Below, piece after piece: positions 37,758 through 47,069 of a stretch of DNA of 64,000 bases. The translations under genes were made by a program, and so were the position numbers. Below the pieces are notes generated by a model. That model was not told where the DNA came from. It was given only the letters and a program-made list of their open reading frames with translations, and ran no database searches. Every line of letters begins with the position of its first letter. Position 1 is the first letter of the stretch. Source of the DNA: Phycisphaerales bacterium (GTDB lineage: Bacteria; Planctomycetota; Phycisphaerae; Phycisphaerales; UBA1924); assembly GCA_046350435.1 (NCBI GenBank), contig JAXMAK010000003.1, positions 611,535 through 675,534 on the forward strand, read 5' to 3'.

Positions 37758-38974
37758 AGCCGTTCTCACGGTGCAGCGTCGCAGTGTGTCAAACATCCGC
37801 GCTAGCATCATGGATGCTCCACCTGCACTCAATCGGGCTCGCAACGTCCTGCGTTCTGCTCGCCGCGTCAACTTGCATCGCACAAGAAACCAAACAAGCC
37901 CCCGCAGCGCAGCCACCCGCAGAAAAAGTCGCCGCGCCCAAAGTCGAATCAGCCAAAGTCGAATCCCCCAAGGTCGACGAAGCACGCGTCATGGCGTTCC
38001 TTCGCTCCCTGCCCACCAAACGCTCAGGCACTGGCGACGCGGCTCACCTCCAAGGCCTTCGCGACACCGAAGCGCTGATCGAACGCTCTCTGAAGGAAGC
38101 TGGCTACGAACCTCGCATGTGGCCATTCGTTTGGAAGAAAGGCCAGCATCCTCTTGACCCGCCGCCAGACGAATCAACGATGTCTGACGAAGAGAAAAAA
38201 GCCAACACGTGGCACAACATCATCGCCGAAGTGCCCGGCACCACAAAGCCCAACGAAATCATCATCATCGGCGCACACTTTGACGCAGTCACAAACTCTC
38301 CCGGCGCCGACGACAATGGATCCGGCACCGCTGCGGTCATGGAATACGCCCGGCTGTTCAAAGACGCACAGTTTGATCGCACCGTGCGTTTTGTGTTTTT
38401 CAACTTGGAAGAACCGGGCCTCATCGGCAGCCGCAAGTATGCCGCCGCAGCGAAGCGAGCGATGAACACGACCGACAAAAAGGTCGTTGCGATGGTGAGC
38501 ATCGAGATGATGGGCTATTACTGCGACGAGCCGGGCTGTCAGAAAAGTCCCCTGCCATCGATTCCAGGCGTCTTCGAAGCACCAAACGTCGGCGACTTCC
38601 TGGGTATCGCCACCACAAAGTCGCACAACTGGCTTGGCGAACGCATCGAACGCGCGTGGCTCAAAGCCGAGCCTCAATTCAAACTGATCCGCCCCGACTT
38701 CATCCCCGATCTTCCCGCCACCCCGCCCGACCTGCTGCGAAGCGATCACGCCCCGTTCCTGCTCGTGGGCATTCCCGCCGTGATCATCGCCGACACCGCT
38801 AACTTCAGAAGCCCCCACTACCACCAACCAACAGACACCGTCGAAACAATCGACGAAAAGCGATACCTCGCCGCAGTGCGAGGCTTGGCGGCTGCCGTTC
38901 CGGAATTGGCGAAGGCGGACAAGCCCAAGAAAGTAAAACCATCGAAGCCAGCGGAGAAAGTTGAACAGAAGTAA
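37754..38974 (+). CDS. M28-family aminopeptidase (secreted)
   Basis: The ATG at 37754 overlaps the lpxK stop (ATGA). 'IIGAHFDAV', 'ADDNGSGTAAVMEYARLF' and 'FFNLEEPGLIGS' metal-ligand motifs. Confidence 0.85.
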   Translation: MKPFSRCSVAVCQTSALASWMLHLHSIGLATSCVLLAASTCIAQETKQAPAAQPPAEKVAAPKVESAKVESPKVDEARVMAFLRSLPTKRSGTGDAAHLQGLRDTEALIERSLKEAGYEPRMWPFVWKKGQHPLDPPPDESTMSDEEKKANTWHNIIAEVPGTTKPNEIIIIGAHFDAVTNSPGADDNGSGTAAVMEYARLFKDAQFDRTVRFVFFNLEEPGLIGSRKYAAAAKRAMNTTDKKVVAMVSIEMMGYYCDEPGCQKSPLPSIPGVFEAPNVGDFLGIATTKSHNWLGERIERAWLKAEPQFKLIRPDFIPDLPATPPDLLRSDHAPFLLVGIPAVIIADTANFRSPHYHQPTDTVETIDEKRYLAAVRGLAAAVPELAKADKPKKVKPSKPAEKVEQK

Positions 38975-39041
38975 GTCAACTCGCTGGCGGCAGACCCAAT
39001 GAAATGTGCAACGAGTTCTTACAAAACGCGGTGCTTCAAAC

Positions 39042-39059
39042 ATAGGTTCTAGAACCTAT
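39042..39059. repeat. Perfect 18-bp palindrome ATAGGTTCTAGAACCTAT
   Basis: Read directly from the sequence. Lies 68 nt after the M28 peptidase stop, in the long gap before the paralogous membrane-protein genes. Confidence 0.8.
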
Positions 39060-39122
39060 CCCGAAACCTCGAACTCAGACTCGCCGCACACTCATTCGAT
39101 CAGAATCTCGCTGGTGTTCTTG

Positions 39123-39166
39123 TTGCTTTCTGCTTCGTGCTCTTCGTGACTTTGTGGTGAAATCGG
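39123..39166. repeat. Octad-built (YCTYYGTG)n element, solo arm
   Basis: 'ttgctttctgcttcgtgctcttcgtgactttgtggtgaaatcgg'. Confidence 0.6.
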
Positions 39167-39301
39167 ATTTGGGATAGCCTCTAATGATCCCTCCGACCAC
39201 AAGAGTATCGGAACAACCCCAAATCAACATTTTTTCAATCCCCGCAAACGCATGAACCCGATTTAGACTAGTTGCGTAGTCCTCTGACCGTTATCACCAT
39301 C

Positions 39302-39450
39302 GTGCCACCGACTGCTGCTTTGAGCGGTCGGTGCCGATCACAATCACGTCACCGCTCCTTACCAGCAGATCAAAACTGACTATGGCAATCACGCAATAGT
39401 GAACACTCATGCATTCTGCACCGACCGTCCAGGGCGGCAGTCGGTGGCAC
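39302..39450. repeat. REP-like hairpin pair D
   Basis: Units 39302..39334 and 39418..39450 in inverted orientation. 39302..39334 is near-identical to the reverse complement of 132..165. Confidence 0.8.
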
Positions 39451-39477
39451 GATACTGGGCACTTCTGGGAACCCCGC

Positions 39478-40197
39478 ATGCACTGGCTCAGACACCTCGA
39501 TCAACTCCTTCGCGGCAAGCACACAACCGAAGAGCAAGCAATGCGAGGCATCTCGCTCCCGCTCGCTATCAACCTACCGCTCGTGTTCGTGCTGGGCGGC
39601 GTGTACGGCGCATGCATGGGCTGCTACGCCCTCATTCGCCTGTGGGGAAATCCCAAAGCCCAAGACGGCTTCATGCAGACGATCGCAAGCATCGTCAAAA
39701 TCCCCGCGCTTTTCATCCTGACACTGATCGTGACGTTCCCATCGCTCTACGTCTTCAACGCACTCGTCGGCGCGCGACTCACGTTCAAAGCCACAATCGA
39801 ACTGCTCGTCGCAGCGATCGTCGTGAGCCTCGCCGTCGCCGCATCGCTGGGTCCCATCCTCGTCTTCTTCACGCTCAGCACCGACAGTTATCCATTCATG
39901 GTTGTGCTGAACGTGATTCTGCTCGCCATCGCAGGCATCATCGGTCTTGGATTCCTGCTCGGTTCACTCCGCAAAATCGCCAACGCCGCAGCGATGACTG
40001 GCCAAGCGGAAAGCACGTCTGGCGATGCGATCTTCAAAGTCTGGGTGCTCATCTATGGACTCGTAGGCCTGCAAATGGGCTGGATTCTCCGACCTTTCAT
40101 CGGTCACCCCTCTGCAGCATTCGAATGGTTCCGCCCACGCACCGGCTCGTTCTTCACAGGCTTCTTCGAAAGCCTGAGCCGCCTCGTAGGCATGTAG
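39478..40197 (+). CDS. Hypothetical 5-TM membrane protein (paralog A)
   Basis: ORF 39409..40197 trimmed to the ATG at 39478, because the upstream part overlaps a REP-like hairpin. Shares 'GG.YGACMG', 'P.L..L....FP..YVFN.L.G' and 'MGW..RPF.G.P' with 40323..40991. Confidence 0.55.
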   Translation: MHWLRHLDQLLRGKHTTEEQAMRGISLPLAINLPLVFVLGGVYGACMGCYALIRLWGNPKAQDGFMQTIASIVKIPALFILTLIVTFPSLYVFNALVGARLTFKATIELLVAAIVVSLAVAASLGPILVFFTLSTDSYPFMVVLNVILLAIAGIIGLGFLLGSLRKIANAAAMTGQAESTSGDAIFKVWVLIYGLVGLQMGWILRPFIGHPSAAFEWFRPRTGSFFTGFFESLSRLVGM

Positions 40198-40206
40198 CAG
40201 ATCGCA

Positions 40207-40290
40207 ACACAAGCGAAGCACAAAGACACAATCAAACTGCTATCTCGATATTCTCTCCGTGCCCTCCGTGTCCTCCGTGGTGAATCAACT
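40207..40290. repeat. Octad-built (YCTYYGTG)n palindromic element
   Basis: Purine arm 'cacaagcgaagcacaaagacaca'. Pyrimidine arm 'ttctctccgtgccctccgtgtcctccgtggtgaatcaact'. Confidence 0.7.
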
Positions 40291-40322
40291 CGCAACCGCC
40301 CGTCAACGTCCCGCCCGGATTC

Positions 40323-40991
40323 ATGTCTGACGCAACGGCTCCATCCTCTGTTGCTCGCCTCGAACGCACGATTCGTTCGGTCGGCTTCTCGCCCGAAGTG
40401 CCCGCCGCACGCACGTTGCTGCTCATCATCGCTCTCGCCGGCGCGCTCTACGGCGCATGCATGGGCACATTCGCGTTCGAGTTTGGTCAGCGCACTCTAA
40501 TGGTCCTCTATGCGGCGATCAAAGTCCCGCTCCTCATCTCGCTCACCACGCTTCTGTGCCTTCCAGGCTTCTTCGTCTTCAACACCCTCGCCGGGCTGCG
40601 CGACGACTTCAATACATCTCTCCGCAGCATCCTCGCCTCACAAGGCGCATTCACACTCACACTCGCAAGCCTGGGCCCCATCACCATGTTCGTCTACACG
40701 AGCGGCGTCAACCACCGCTGGGCCCTGCTCTTCAACGCCGTGTGCTTCAGCATCGCCACGCTGTTCGCACAGTTGGTGCTGATACGTCGCTACAAGTCGC
40801 TCATCGCGACGAATGCCCGTCACCGTGCAATGCTCGTCATCTGGGTGACGCTCTACGCATTCGTCGGAATACAAATGGGCTGGATGATGCGCCCGTTCGT
40901 CGGAAACCCCGCCAAGGAAGTGACATTCTTCCGCGACGAACCATTCAGCAACGCATACGTCGCCGTGTTCAACTTGGTCACAAAGCGGTGA
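40323..40991 (+). CDS. Hypothetical 5-TM membrane protein (paralog B)
   Basis: 222 aa. Clear paralog of 39478..40197 with the same helix layout and motifs. Confidence 0.55.
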   Translation: MSDATAPSSVARLERTIRSVGFSPEVPAARTLLLIIALAGALYGACMGTFAFEFGQRTLMVLYAAIKVPLLISLTTLLCLPGFFVFNTLAGLRDDFNTSLRSILASQGAFTLTLASLGPITMFVYTSGVNHRWALLFNAVCFSIATLFAQLVLIRRYKSLIATNARHRAMLVIWVTLYAFVGIQMGWMMRPFVGNPAKEVTFFRDEPFSNAYVAVFNLVTKR

Positions 40992-41111
40992 AAAAAGAAC
41001 AGTCATCGCATCACCAACGAGTTACCGAGACAAGGGACTAAATGAGGTTTCGACAGAGCAAACTTCCCAGCCAAACATCGTCGTTCGTTGGAGTATCTTC
41101 ACCCCCGCATT

Positions 41112-41148
41112 CCCCTCTTGATCTCTTGCGTCTCTGTGCTGAAATGAG
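41112..41148. repeat. Octad-family variant ending GTGCTGAAA, copy 1
   Basis: 'cccctcttgatctcttgcgtctctgtgctgaaatgag'. Very similar to 57397..57435. Confidence 0.65.
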
Positions 41149-41199
41149 TCTAACCAACCAAGCCGCAACCACACTCCAACACCCGCCGTACCGTCTCAC

Positions 41200-43176
41200 A
41201 TGCTTGTGTTGTCAGTCATTCAAGGCCAGGACAAAGGTCGCAAGTTTGAGTTGCCCGACCACGAGCCGCAGTTGATCGGCCGCAGCAGCGAAGCGATCCC
41301 GCTGGATGACAACGCAATCTCTCGCCGCCACGCCGAACTCACACCCGACGATGGTCTTTGGTACATTCGCGATCTCGACAGCCAGAACGGCACATACGTC
41401 AACGGCACACGCATTCATGACCGCACTCGCCTTCGCGCGGGCGATCAAATCCGCGTCGGTCAATCACTGCTCGTGTTTGGCCAAACTGAAAGCCGCGCGA
41501 AAGATTCCGTTCGCTTCGTCGGACGCGATCGCGTCTCTGCAAGCATCGAACGAACGCTGCCAAGTAAAGGTTTGACGCCGCAAGGCCTGATCGTCCCGCC
41601 ATCAACACCTCGTGGCCCCGTACCCGTTTCGCAACTACCCAAAGAACTGCAACGTGATCTCGAAAAAGGCAAAGCCAAAGCCGCGCTACCGCCTGCAGTC
41701 GCTCCGGGCCTGAGCAACGAAGACTCCGTGATCTTGTCCGAGCCCGAGCCTCGCGCGGCAGCCGTCGATCACCTTCGCGTCATCTATCGCCTCACCAGCA
41801 TGCTGACGCAGCGCGTGCTCGATCGCCCGCAACTGCTCGAAGGCGTGATGGACCTGGTCTTCAGCGAGTTCGCTCCGCAGCGCGGCTGCATCGTGCTGTC
41901 CGAAGGCATGGCAATCCACACGCCCGAAACTCCCGAAGCCGCAAAAGCCGCCGAAGGCCGCTACGAACCCGTGGTCGTTCGCTATCGCGAAGCACCGCTT
42001 GACCCCGAAGAAGCGAAGATCCACGTCAGCCGAACAATTCTCTCGCACGCAATTCTGCGAGGCGAAGGCGTGCTCTCGAGCAACGCAATGACCGACCCGC
42101 GCTTCGCCAAAGGCGACAGCGTTCAACGCATGCACATTCGCAGCGCCATCTGCTCCCCCATTCGCTTCCGCGACGTGACCTACGGCGCGATCTACATCGA
42201 TAGTTCGATGGCCAACTACACCTTCACGCCAGAACAACTTGCGCTCATGAACGCGATCGGCCAACACGCCGGCCTCGCACTCGCCAACGCTGATCTCTAT
42301 CAAGAAAAGCTCCAATCCGAACGCCTCGCAGCAATCGGCGAAACGGTTGCAACGCTCAGCCACTCCATCAAGAACATCCTCCAAGGCCTTCGAGGCGGCG
42401 CGGATGTCGTCGAAATGGGTCTCAGCAAGAACGATCTCAAAGTCGCCAAAGGCGGCTGGCCCATCCTGAAACGAAATCTCGACCGCATCATCAGCCTCAC
42501 CGTCAACATGCTCGCGTTCTCGCGCCAACGCCGCGTCGAAATCGAACTCACACCCCTCGCCCCGCTCATCGAAGATTGCTCACAACTCTTGGAACCTCTC
42601 ACCACCAGCCGCCAAGTCGCGCTGATCCTGGACTTTGAGCCCGAACTCCCACCCATCCCAGTCGACCCCCCGCTAGTCCACCAAGCATTGATGAATCTAC
42701 TCACGAACGCCGTCGAAGCCGCGCCTGCAAACAGCGGCGCAGTCACCGTGCGAGTGCAATTCCGATCCGGCAAAGCCGACGCAGAAACAACAAAACAACC
42801 CAAGCGCCCGGCACGCGTCGGCGATATTCGCCCCACTCAACCTCCGCCTCAGCGTGCAACTCCAAAGAATCTCAACGCCCCCGCCGAGCCTCGCGTGCTT
42901 TCGCAGCCCCACATCGAAATCGCCATCATCGATAATGGTCCAGGCATCCCGCGCAGCAAACAGCCGTGGGTCTTCCAACCTTTCCACACCACCAAAGGCG
43001 TGCGCGGCACAGGGCTTGGTCTCGCCGTCGCGAAGCGAGTCGCTGAGCAGCACGAAGGCACGATCGTCCTCGAATCCGAAGAAGGCAAAGGCGCGACATT
43101 CAAACTCATTCTGCCTGCTGACGGCCCAAGCAATCTCGACCCTGCAGCAACAGCACACTCGCGTCGGGAAGAGTGA
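41200..43176 (+). CDS. FHA-GAF-histidine kinase hybrid sensor
   Basis: N-terminal FHA domain (IGRSSEAIPLDDNAISRRHAEL...YIRDLDSQNGTYVNG). Central GAF-like region. HisKA H-box 'ETVATLSHSIKNILQGL'. HATPase 'DNGPGIP...GTGLGLAVAKR', with a ~50-aa Pro/basic insertion before the N/G boxes. Confidence 0.85.
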   Translation: MLVLSVIQGQDKGRKFELPDHEPQLIGRSSEAIPLDDNAISRRHAELTPDDGLWYIRDLDSQNGTYVNGTRIHDRTRLRAGDQIRVGQSLLVFGQTESRAKDSVRFVGRDRVSASIERTLPSKGLTPQGLIVPPSTPRGPVPVSQLPKELQRDLEKGKAKAALPPAVAPGLSNEDSVILSEPEPRAAAVDHLRVIYRLTSMLTQRVLDRPQLLEGVMDLVFSEFAPQRGCIVLSEGMAIHTPETPEAAKAAEGRYEPVVVRYREAPLDPEEAKIHVSRTILSHAILRGEGVLSSNAMTDPRFAKGDSVQRMHIRSAICSPIRFRDVTYGAIYIDSSMANYTFTPEQLALMNAIGQHAGLALANADLYQEKLQSERLAAIGETVATLSHSIKNILQGLRGGADVVEMGLSKNDLKVAKGGWPILKRNLDRIISLTVNMLAFSRQRRVEIELTPLAPLIEDCSQLLEPLTTSRQVALILDFEPELPPIPVDPPLVHQALMNLLTNAVEAAPANSGAVTVRVQFRSGKADAETTKQPKRPARVGDIRPTQPPPQRATPKNLNAPAEPRVLSQPHIEIAIIDNGPGIPRSKQPWVFQPFHTTKGVRGTGLGLAVAKRVAEQHEGTIVLESEEGKGATFKLILPADGPSNLDPAATAHSRREE

Positions 43177-43185
43177 TCTCGAAAA

Positions 43186-44841
43186 TCATCCACCGACCCC
43201 CGCCGCCACTTCTTCCCGCGCTTTCCCATTCTCTTCGCTCGGCGGCACCAACGTCATCGGCAAAATCAAACTGAACATCGACCCGCGCCCCACATCACTC
43301 ACCAACTGAATGTCGCCATTCAAAATCCCCGCAAGGTCCTTGCAAATCGCCAACCCAAGCCCCGTCCCCGTTGACTCGCGCGTGTGCCCGCCCTCGGCTT
43401 GATAAAACTTCTCAAAGATCAACTCCTGCTCTTCCTTCGGAATCCCAGGCCCGTTGTCAATCACGCTGATGCGCACTCGTTCTTCGCCGCCCGTCACTGG
43501 CAATCGCTCCGCCCGCAGCACAATCGTCGGCTCCTTGCCCGTGCGCTCCAAAGGCTGACTGAACTTCACCGCGTTGCTCAAGAAGTTGAAAATGATCTGC
43601 TGCAGCTTGCGATGATCCGTGCGAATGATCGGCACATCTTCTGACACTTCCAGTTTGGGCGAAATCCCCTTCTTGCTCGCCAAAGGCTGGATCAACCCAA
43701 GCAATCCCTCGCACGAGTCTTTGACATTCACCAATTCAATCCGCAAATCAACCTTACCCGCCTCGATCCTCGCCATTTCAAGCAGCGAATTAATCAACGC
43801 AAGCAACCCGCGCCCCGCATTCGAAATATTCTCCAAGTACCGCACACGCTTCAGCAGCGTCGCGTCCGCATCGCCCCGATCCACTTCGCTCCGCGCGATT
43901 TCCAGCAGCAACTCAGCAAATCCATTAATCGAATTCAGCGGCGTGCGCAACTCATGGCTCACATTCGCCAAAAACTCATTCTTCATCTTCGCGGCTTGAT
44001 GCAACGCCGAGTTAGCCTCTTCCAATTCATGCAGCTTCACGTCCATCGCCGCGTTGATCGCTCGCAAACGATCCTGCGACGCCTGCAAGTCCGCAACCAT
44101 CGAGTTGAACGTCTGCGACAACTCCTGAAACTCATCACCCGTCGCGATATCCGACCGGAACGCAAGGTTTCCTTCCCTCGCGCGCTCCGCCGCCGTGCGC
44201 AGTTGCTCCACAGGCTGCAAGACGAGTTTGCGTGTGATAATCCAGAACACAATCATCGCCGCGACAAGCACCGCAAGACCCGCGAGCAGCAGGTACGCGG
44301 TATTCGTCACAAGTTGCGATGTCGCGGAAATGGGCCGTCGCCTCAGTTCAATCAACCCTGCCAACGTCTTTCCGCGCACCGCCGTATTCGCATCACTGCG
44401 CGCCGCTGATCGCCACACCGCCTTCACATATCGATACTCGCGTGAAGTCCCCGCCCACGTCGCGTCCTGCCGATCCAGAAAATCCGGATGCGACTCAAAG
44501 AACGCAACACTCTCGCGCACAAAGTCGTCACTGTCTTTGCGAGCCTCGTCTAGCGTCAAGCGCCGAGCATCAATCCCCGCGCGATCATCCGCCGTCAACG
44601 TCGGCACAGGCACCGACCAGGGCCCAGGCCGCCTCGGCCCGATCAGCGACGCTTCATCCGCCGTTTCAAGTTTCTCCCAGATCGAAACCAGTTGCCGCGA
44701 AACCTCAAGTTGCCCCTCGTCAATCAGCCGCGTCATGCGAATCCACGGCGCAACCAACGCCGCGATCACCACCAGCACGATGGCAACGCCGAACAACAGC
44801 AAACACTTCCTGGCAAGCGACAAGCCTCTAAGCACAATCAA
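43186..44841 (-). CDS. Membrane sensor histidine kinase (periplasmic domain, HAMP, HisKA, HATPase)
   Basis: H-box 'HELRTPLNSINGFAELL'. HATPase 'DNGPGIPKEEQELIFEKFYQ...GTGLGLAICKDL'. Two TM helices flank a ~150-aa extracytoplasmic region. Confidence 0.85.
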   Translation of the reverse strand: MIVLRGLSLARKCLLLFGVAIVLVVIAALVAPWIRMTRLIDEGQLEVSRQLVSIWEKLETADEASLIGPRRPGPWSVPVPTLTADDRAGIDARRLTLDEARKDSDDFVRESVAFFESHPDFLDRQDATWAGTSREYRYVKAVWRSAARSDANTAVRGKTLAGLIELRRRPISATSQLVTNTAYLLLAGLAVLVAAMIVFWIITRKLVLQPVEQLRTAAERAREGNLAFRSDIATGDEFQELSQTFNSMVADLQASQDRLRAINAAMDVKLHELEEANSALHQAAKMKNEFLANVSHELRTPLNSINGFAELLLEIARSEVDRGDADATLLKRVRYLENISNAGRGLLALINSLLEMARIEAGKVDLRIELVNVKDSCEGLLGLIQPLASKKGISPKLEVSEDVPIIRTDHRKLQQIIFNFLSNAVKFSQPLERTGKEPTIVLRAERLPVTGGEERVRISVIDNGPGIPKEEQELIFEKFYQAEGGHTRESTGTGLGLAICKDLAGILNGDIQLVSDVGRGSMFSLILPMTLVPPSEENGKAREEVAAGVGG

Positions 44842-44902
44842 TCATAGAGCGAGCAACACAAGAGCCGAAGTGCGCAAGCACCCGGCCAAACACTCACTGC
44901 GC

Positions 44903-45048
44903 GATTCAACTTCACCACGGAGAACCCGGAGAAAAGCAAGCGCAGGGGCTGAAATGCAGTTTGTATGTTCGCGTCAATACATGCACCATGCAGCCCGACC
45001 GCAAGGATGCGTCTTACAACTTCTCTCCGCGTCCTCCGCGTTGAATCC
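44903..45048. repeat. Octad-built palindromic element
   Basis: Left 'gattcaacttcaccacggagaacccggagaaaag'. Right 'ttctctccgcgtcctccgcgttgaatcc'. The termini GATTCAAC and GTTGAATC are complementary. Confidence 0.75.
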
Positions 45049-45077
45049 ACTTTCCAAAACGTAACTCCATCGCCAAC

Positions 45078-45108
45078 GAAAAAGCCCCGACGCATTGCGC
45101 CGGGGCTT
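45078..45108 (-). terminator. Rho-independent terminator of rpsA
   Basis: The minus strand reads 'agccccggcgcaatgcgtcggggcttttt': a 7-bp GC-rich stem followed by a T-run, 25-50 nt after the rpsA stop. Confidence 0.7.
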
Positions 45109-45130
45109 CAGGTTCATGCTTTCATGAAAG

Positions 45131-46966
45131 TCAATCTTTCTTGAACTTGATCTTGTCCGTACCCATCGCGCCGTGATCGCCGTCCATGCCGCCCTTCTCG
45201 GGCTTGGGTGTCTTGGCGCGCTTCGCCGGTGCTTCGCCGCCACCTGCCGGGCCTGTGCCCGTCGGGCCGCTTGCTGGGCCAAGGTCGCCGCCAGCGCCGC
45301 CGCTGGTGTCGCCCCACTGGGCGCGCTTGAGCGACAGGCCGATCTTGCGATCCGCCTTGTCCACGCGGAGGATCTTGACGTCGATCTCATCGCCAGCCTT
45401 GACCACGTCCTGCGGGTTCTCGACCTTGTGATCAGCGAGTTCGCTGATGTGCAGCAGGCCTTCGAGTTCCTGCTCGAGTTCGACGAACACGCCGAAGTTC
45501 GTGATCTTGGTGACCGTGCCGCGAACGACCATGCCGGGCTTGTAGTGCTCGGGGATGGCGCCGATCCACGGATCTTCCGTCAACTGCTTCACGCCCAGGC
45601 TGATGCGCTGCTTCTCGCGATCAACCTCGAGCACCACGCACTTGACCTTGTCACCCTTCTTGACGACTTCGTTGGGGTGCGTGACCTTCTTCGTCCACGA
45701 CATGTCGCTGACGTGCAGCAGACCATCGATGCCCGGCTCAACTTCAACGAACGCGCCGTAGTTCGCGAGGTTGCGAACGCTGCCTTCGATGACCGTGCCG
45801 GTCGGGTACTTCTCGCCCACGAGTTCCCAAGGATTGACCTCGGTCTGCTTCATGCCGAGGCTGATTTCCTGCTTGTCCTTGTTGATTTCGAGGACGACGA
45901 CATCCACTTCCTGGTTCTGCGTGACCATCTCGGATGGATGATTGACACGCCGCGTCCAGGACATTTCGGATATGTGCACCAGACCTTCGACGCCATCTTC
46001 CAACTTGACGAACGCGCCGTAGGACATGATGCTCGTGACCGCGCCGCGGATGCGGGAGCCGACCGGGAACTTCTTCTCGATTTCTTCCCACGGGCTCTGC
46101 TCGCGCTGCTTCATACCGAGCGCGATCTTTTCCTTGTCGCGATCGATGTTGAGCACCTTGACCTCAACCTTCTGCCCGATCTTGAGCAGTTCGCTGGGGT
46201 GGTTGATGCGTGACCATGACATATCGGTGATGTGCAGCAAGCCGTCGATGCCGCCAAGATCAACGAACGCGCCGAAGTCGGCGATGTTCTTGACCTCGCC
46301 GTGCACAACGTCGCCTTCCTTGAGCGTGTCGAGCAGACGCTTCTTGGCGCTGTCGCGCTCGGTCTCGATCAACTTGCGGCGGCTCACAACAATGTTGCGG
46401 CGCTCAAGGTCGATCTTGATGACTTCAGCGCGAATGCGCTTGCCCATGTAGTCCTTGACTTCGCCGGGCCGGCGCACATCCACTTGGCTCGCGGGCAGGA
46501 ACACCGGCACGCCGATATCCATCAGCAAGCCGCCCTTGATGCCCTTGGTGATCACGCCCTCGACAACATCGCCTTCCTTCGTGGAGTCAACGATGCGCTG
46601 CCAAGCCATCATGCGATCCGCGCGGCGCTTCGAAAGTTGAATGAGGCCTTCGTCGTTTTCGAGGCCTTCGAGGAGGACATCGATTTCGTCGCCCATCGCG
46701 GGCAGGACGCCTTCGAACTCTTCCTTGGGAATCAGCCCTTCGCTCTTGAGACCGACTTCGACCACGACGTCGTCGCCGGCGAAACCGATCACCTTGCCCT
46801 TGATGAGCTTGCCAGGTGTCAGATCAACCTTGCGATCCGTCAGGAGCCCGTCCATGTACTTGTTGCCAGGCGCCTTCGCAGTCGCGAGCCCGGACATCAT
46901 CTTGTCCAGCTCATTCTCAAAACCCTTGTCCAATCCAAGCGAAGCAATCAGCGATTCATCGATCAT
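45131..46966 (-). CDS. rpsA: 30S ribosomal protein S1
   Basis: 611 aa. Six S1 OB-fold repeats (recurrent 'G.V......GAFV.L..G..GL.HISE'). Gly-rich C-terminal tail. Confidence 0.9.
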   Translation of the reverse strand: MIDESLIASLGLDKGFENELDKMMSGLATAKAPGNKYMDGLLTDRKVDLTPGKLIKGKVIGFAGDDVVVEVGLKSEGLIPKEEFEGVLPAMGDEIDVLLEGLENDEGLIQLSKRRADRMMAWQRIVDSTKEGDVVEGVITKGIKGGLLMDIGVPVFLPASQVDVRRPGEVKDYMGKRIRAEVIKIDLERRNIVVSRRKLIETERDSAKKRLLDTLKEGDVVHGEVKNIADFGAFVDLGGIDGLLHITDMSWSRINHPSELLKIGQKVEVKVLNIDRDKEKIALGMKQREQSPWEEIEKKFPVGSRIRGAVTSIMSYGAFVKLEDGVEGLVHISEMSWTRRVNHPSEMVTQNQEVDVVVLEINKDKQEISLGMKQTEVNPWELVGEKYPTGTVIEGSVRNLANYGAFVEVEPGIDGLLHVSDMSWTKKVTHPNEVVKKGDKVKCVVLEVDREKQRISLGVKQLTEDPWIGAIPEHYKPGMVVRGTVTKITNFGVFVELEQELEGLLHISELADHKVENPQDVVKAGDEIDVKILRVDKADRKIGLSLKRAQWGDTSGGAGGDLGPASGPTGTGPAGGGEAPAKRAKTPKPEKGGMDGDHGAMGTDKIKFKKD

Positions 46967-46993
46967 AACAAGAAACTTTCCGGGACGAACTTT

Positions 46994-47069
46994 TCACCGC
47001 AAAGACGCAAAGGACACAAAGAAAACAAAATCTGGTTTTGTCTTTGTGCACGTCGTGTCTTTGTGGTGA
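46994..47069. repeat. Octad-built palindromic element (tight hairpin) just upstream of rpsA
   Basis: Left 'tcaccgcaaagacgcaaaggacacaaagaaaac', 8-nt loop, right 'gttttgtctttgtgcacgtcgtgtctttgtggtga'. Confidence 0.75.

Noticed and set aside
38174-39043. 289-aa minus-strand ORF antisense to the M28 peptidase gene, extending into the intergenic palindrome.
   Set aside because: It is an antisense shadow ORF with low-complexity Gly/Arg/Val content. The M28 assignment on the plus strand is strong.
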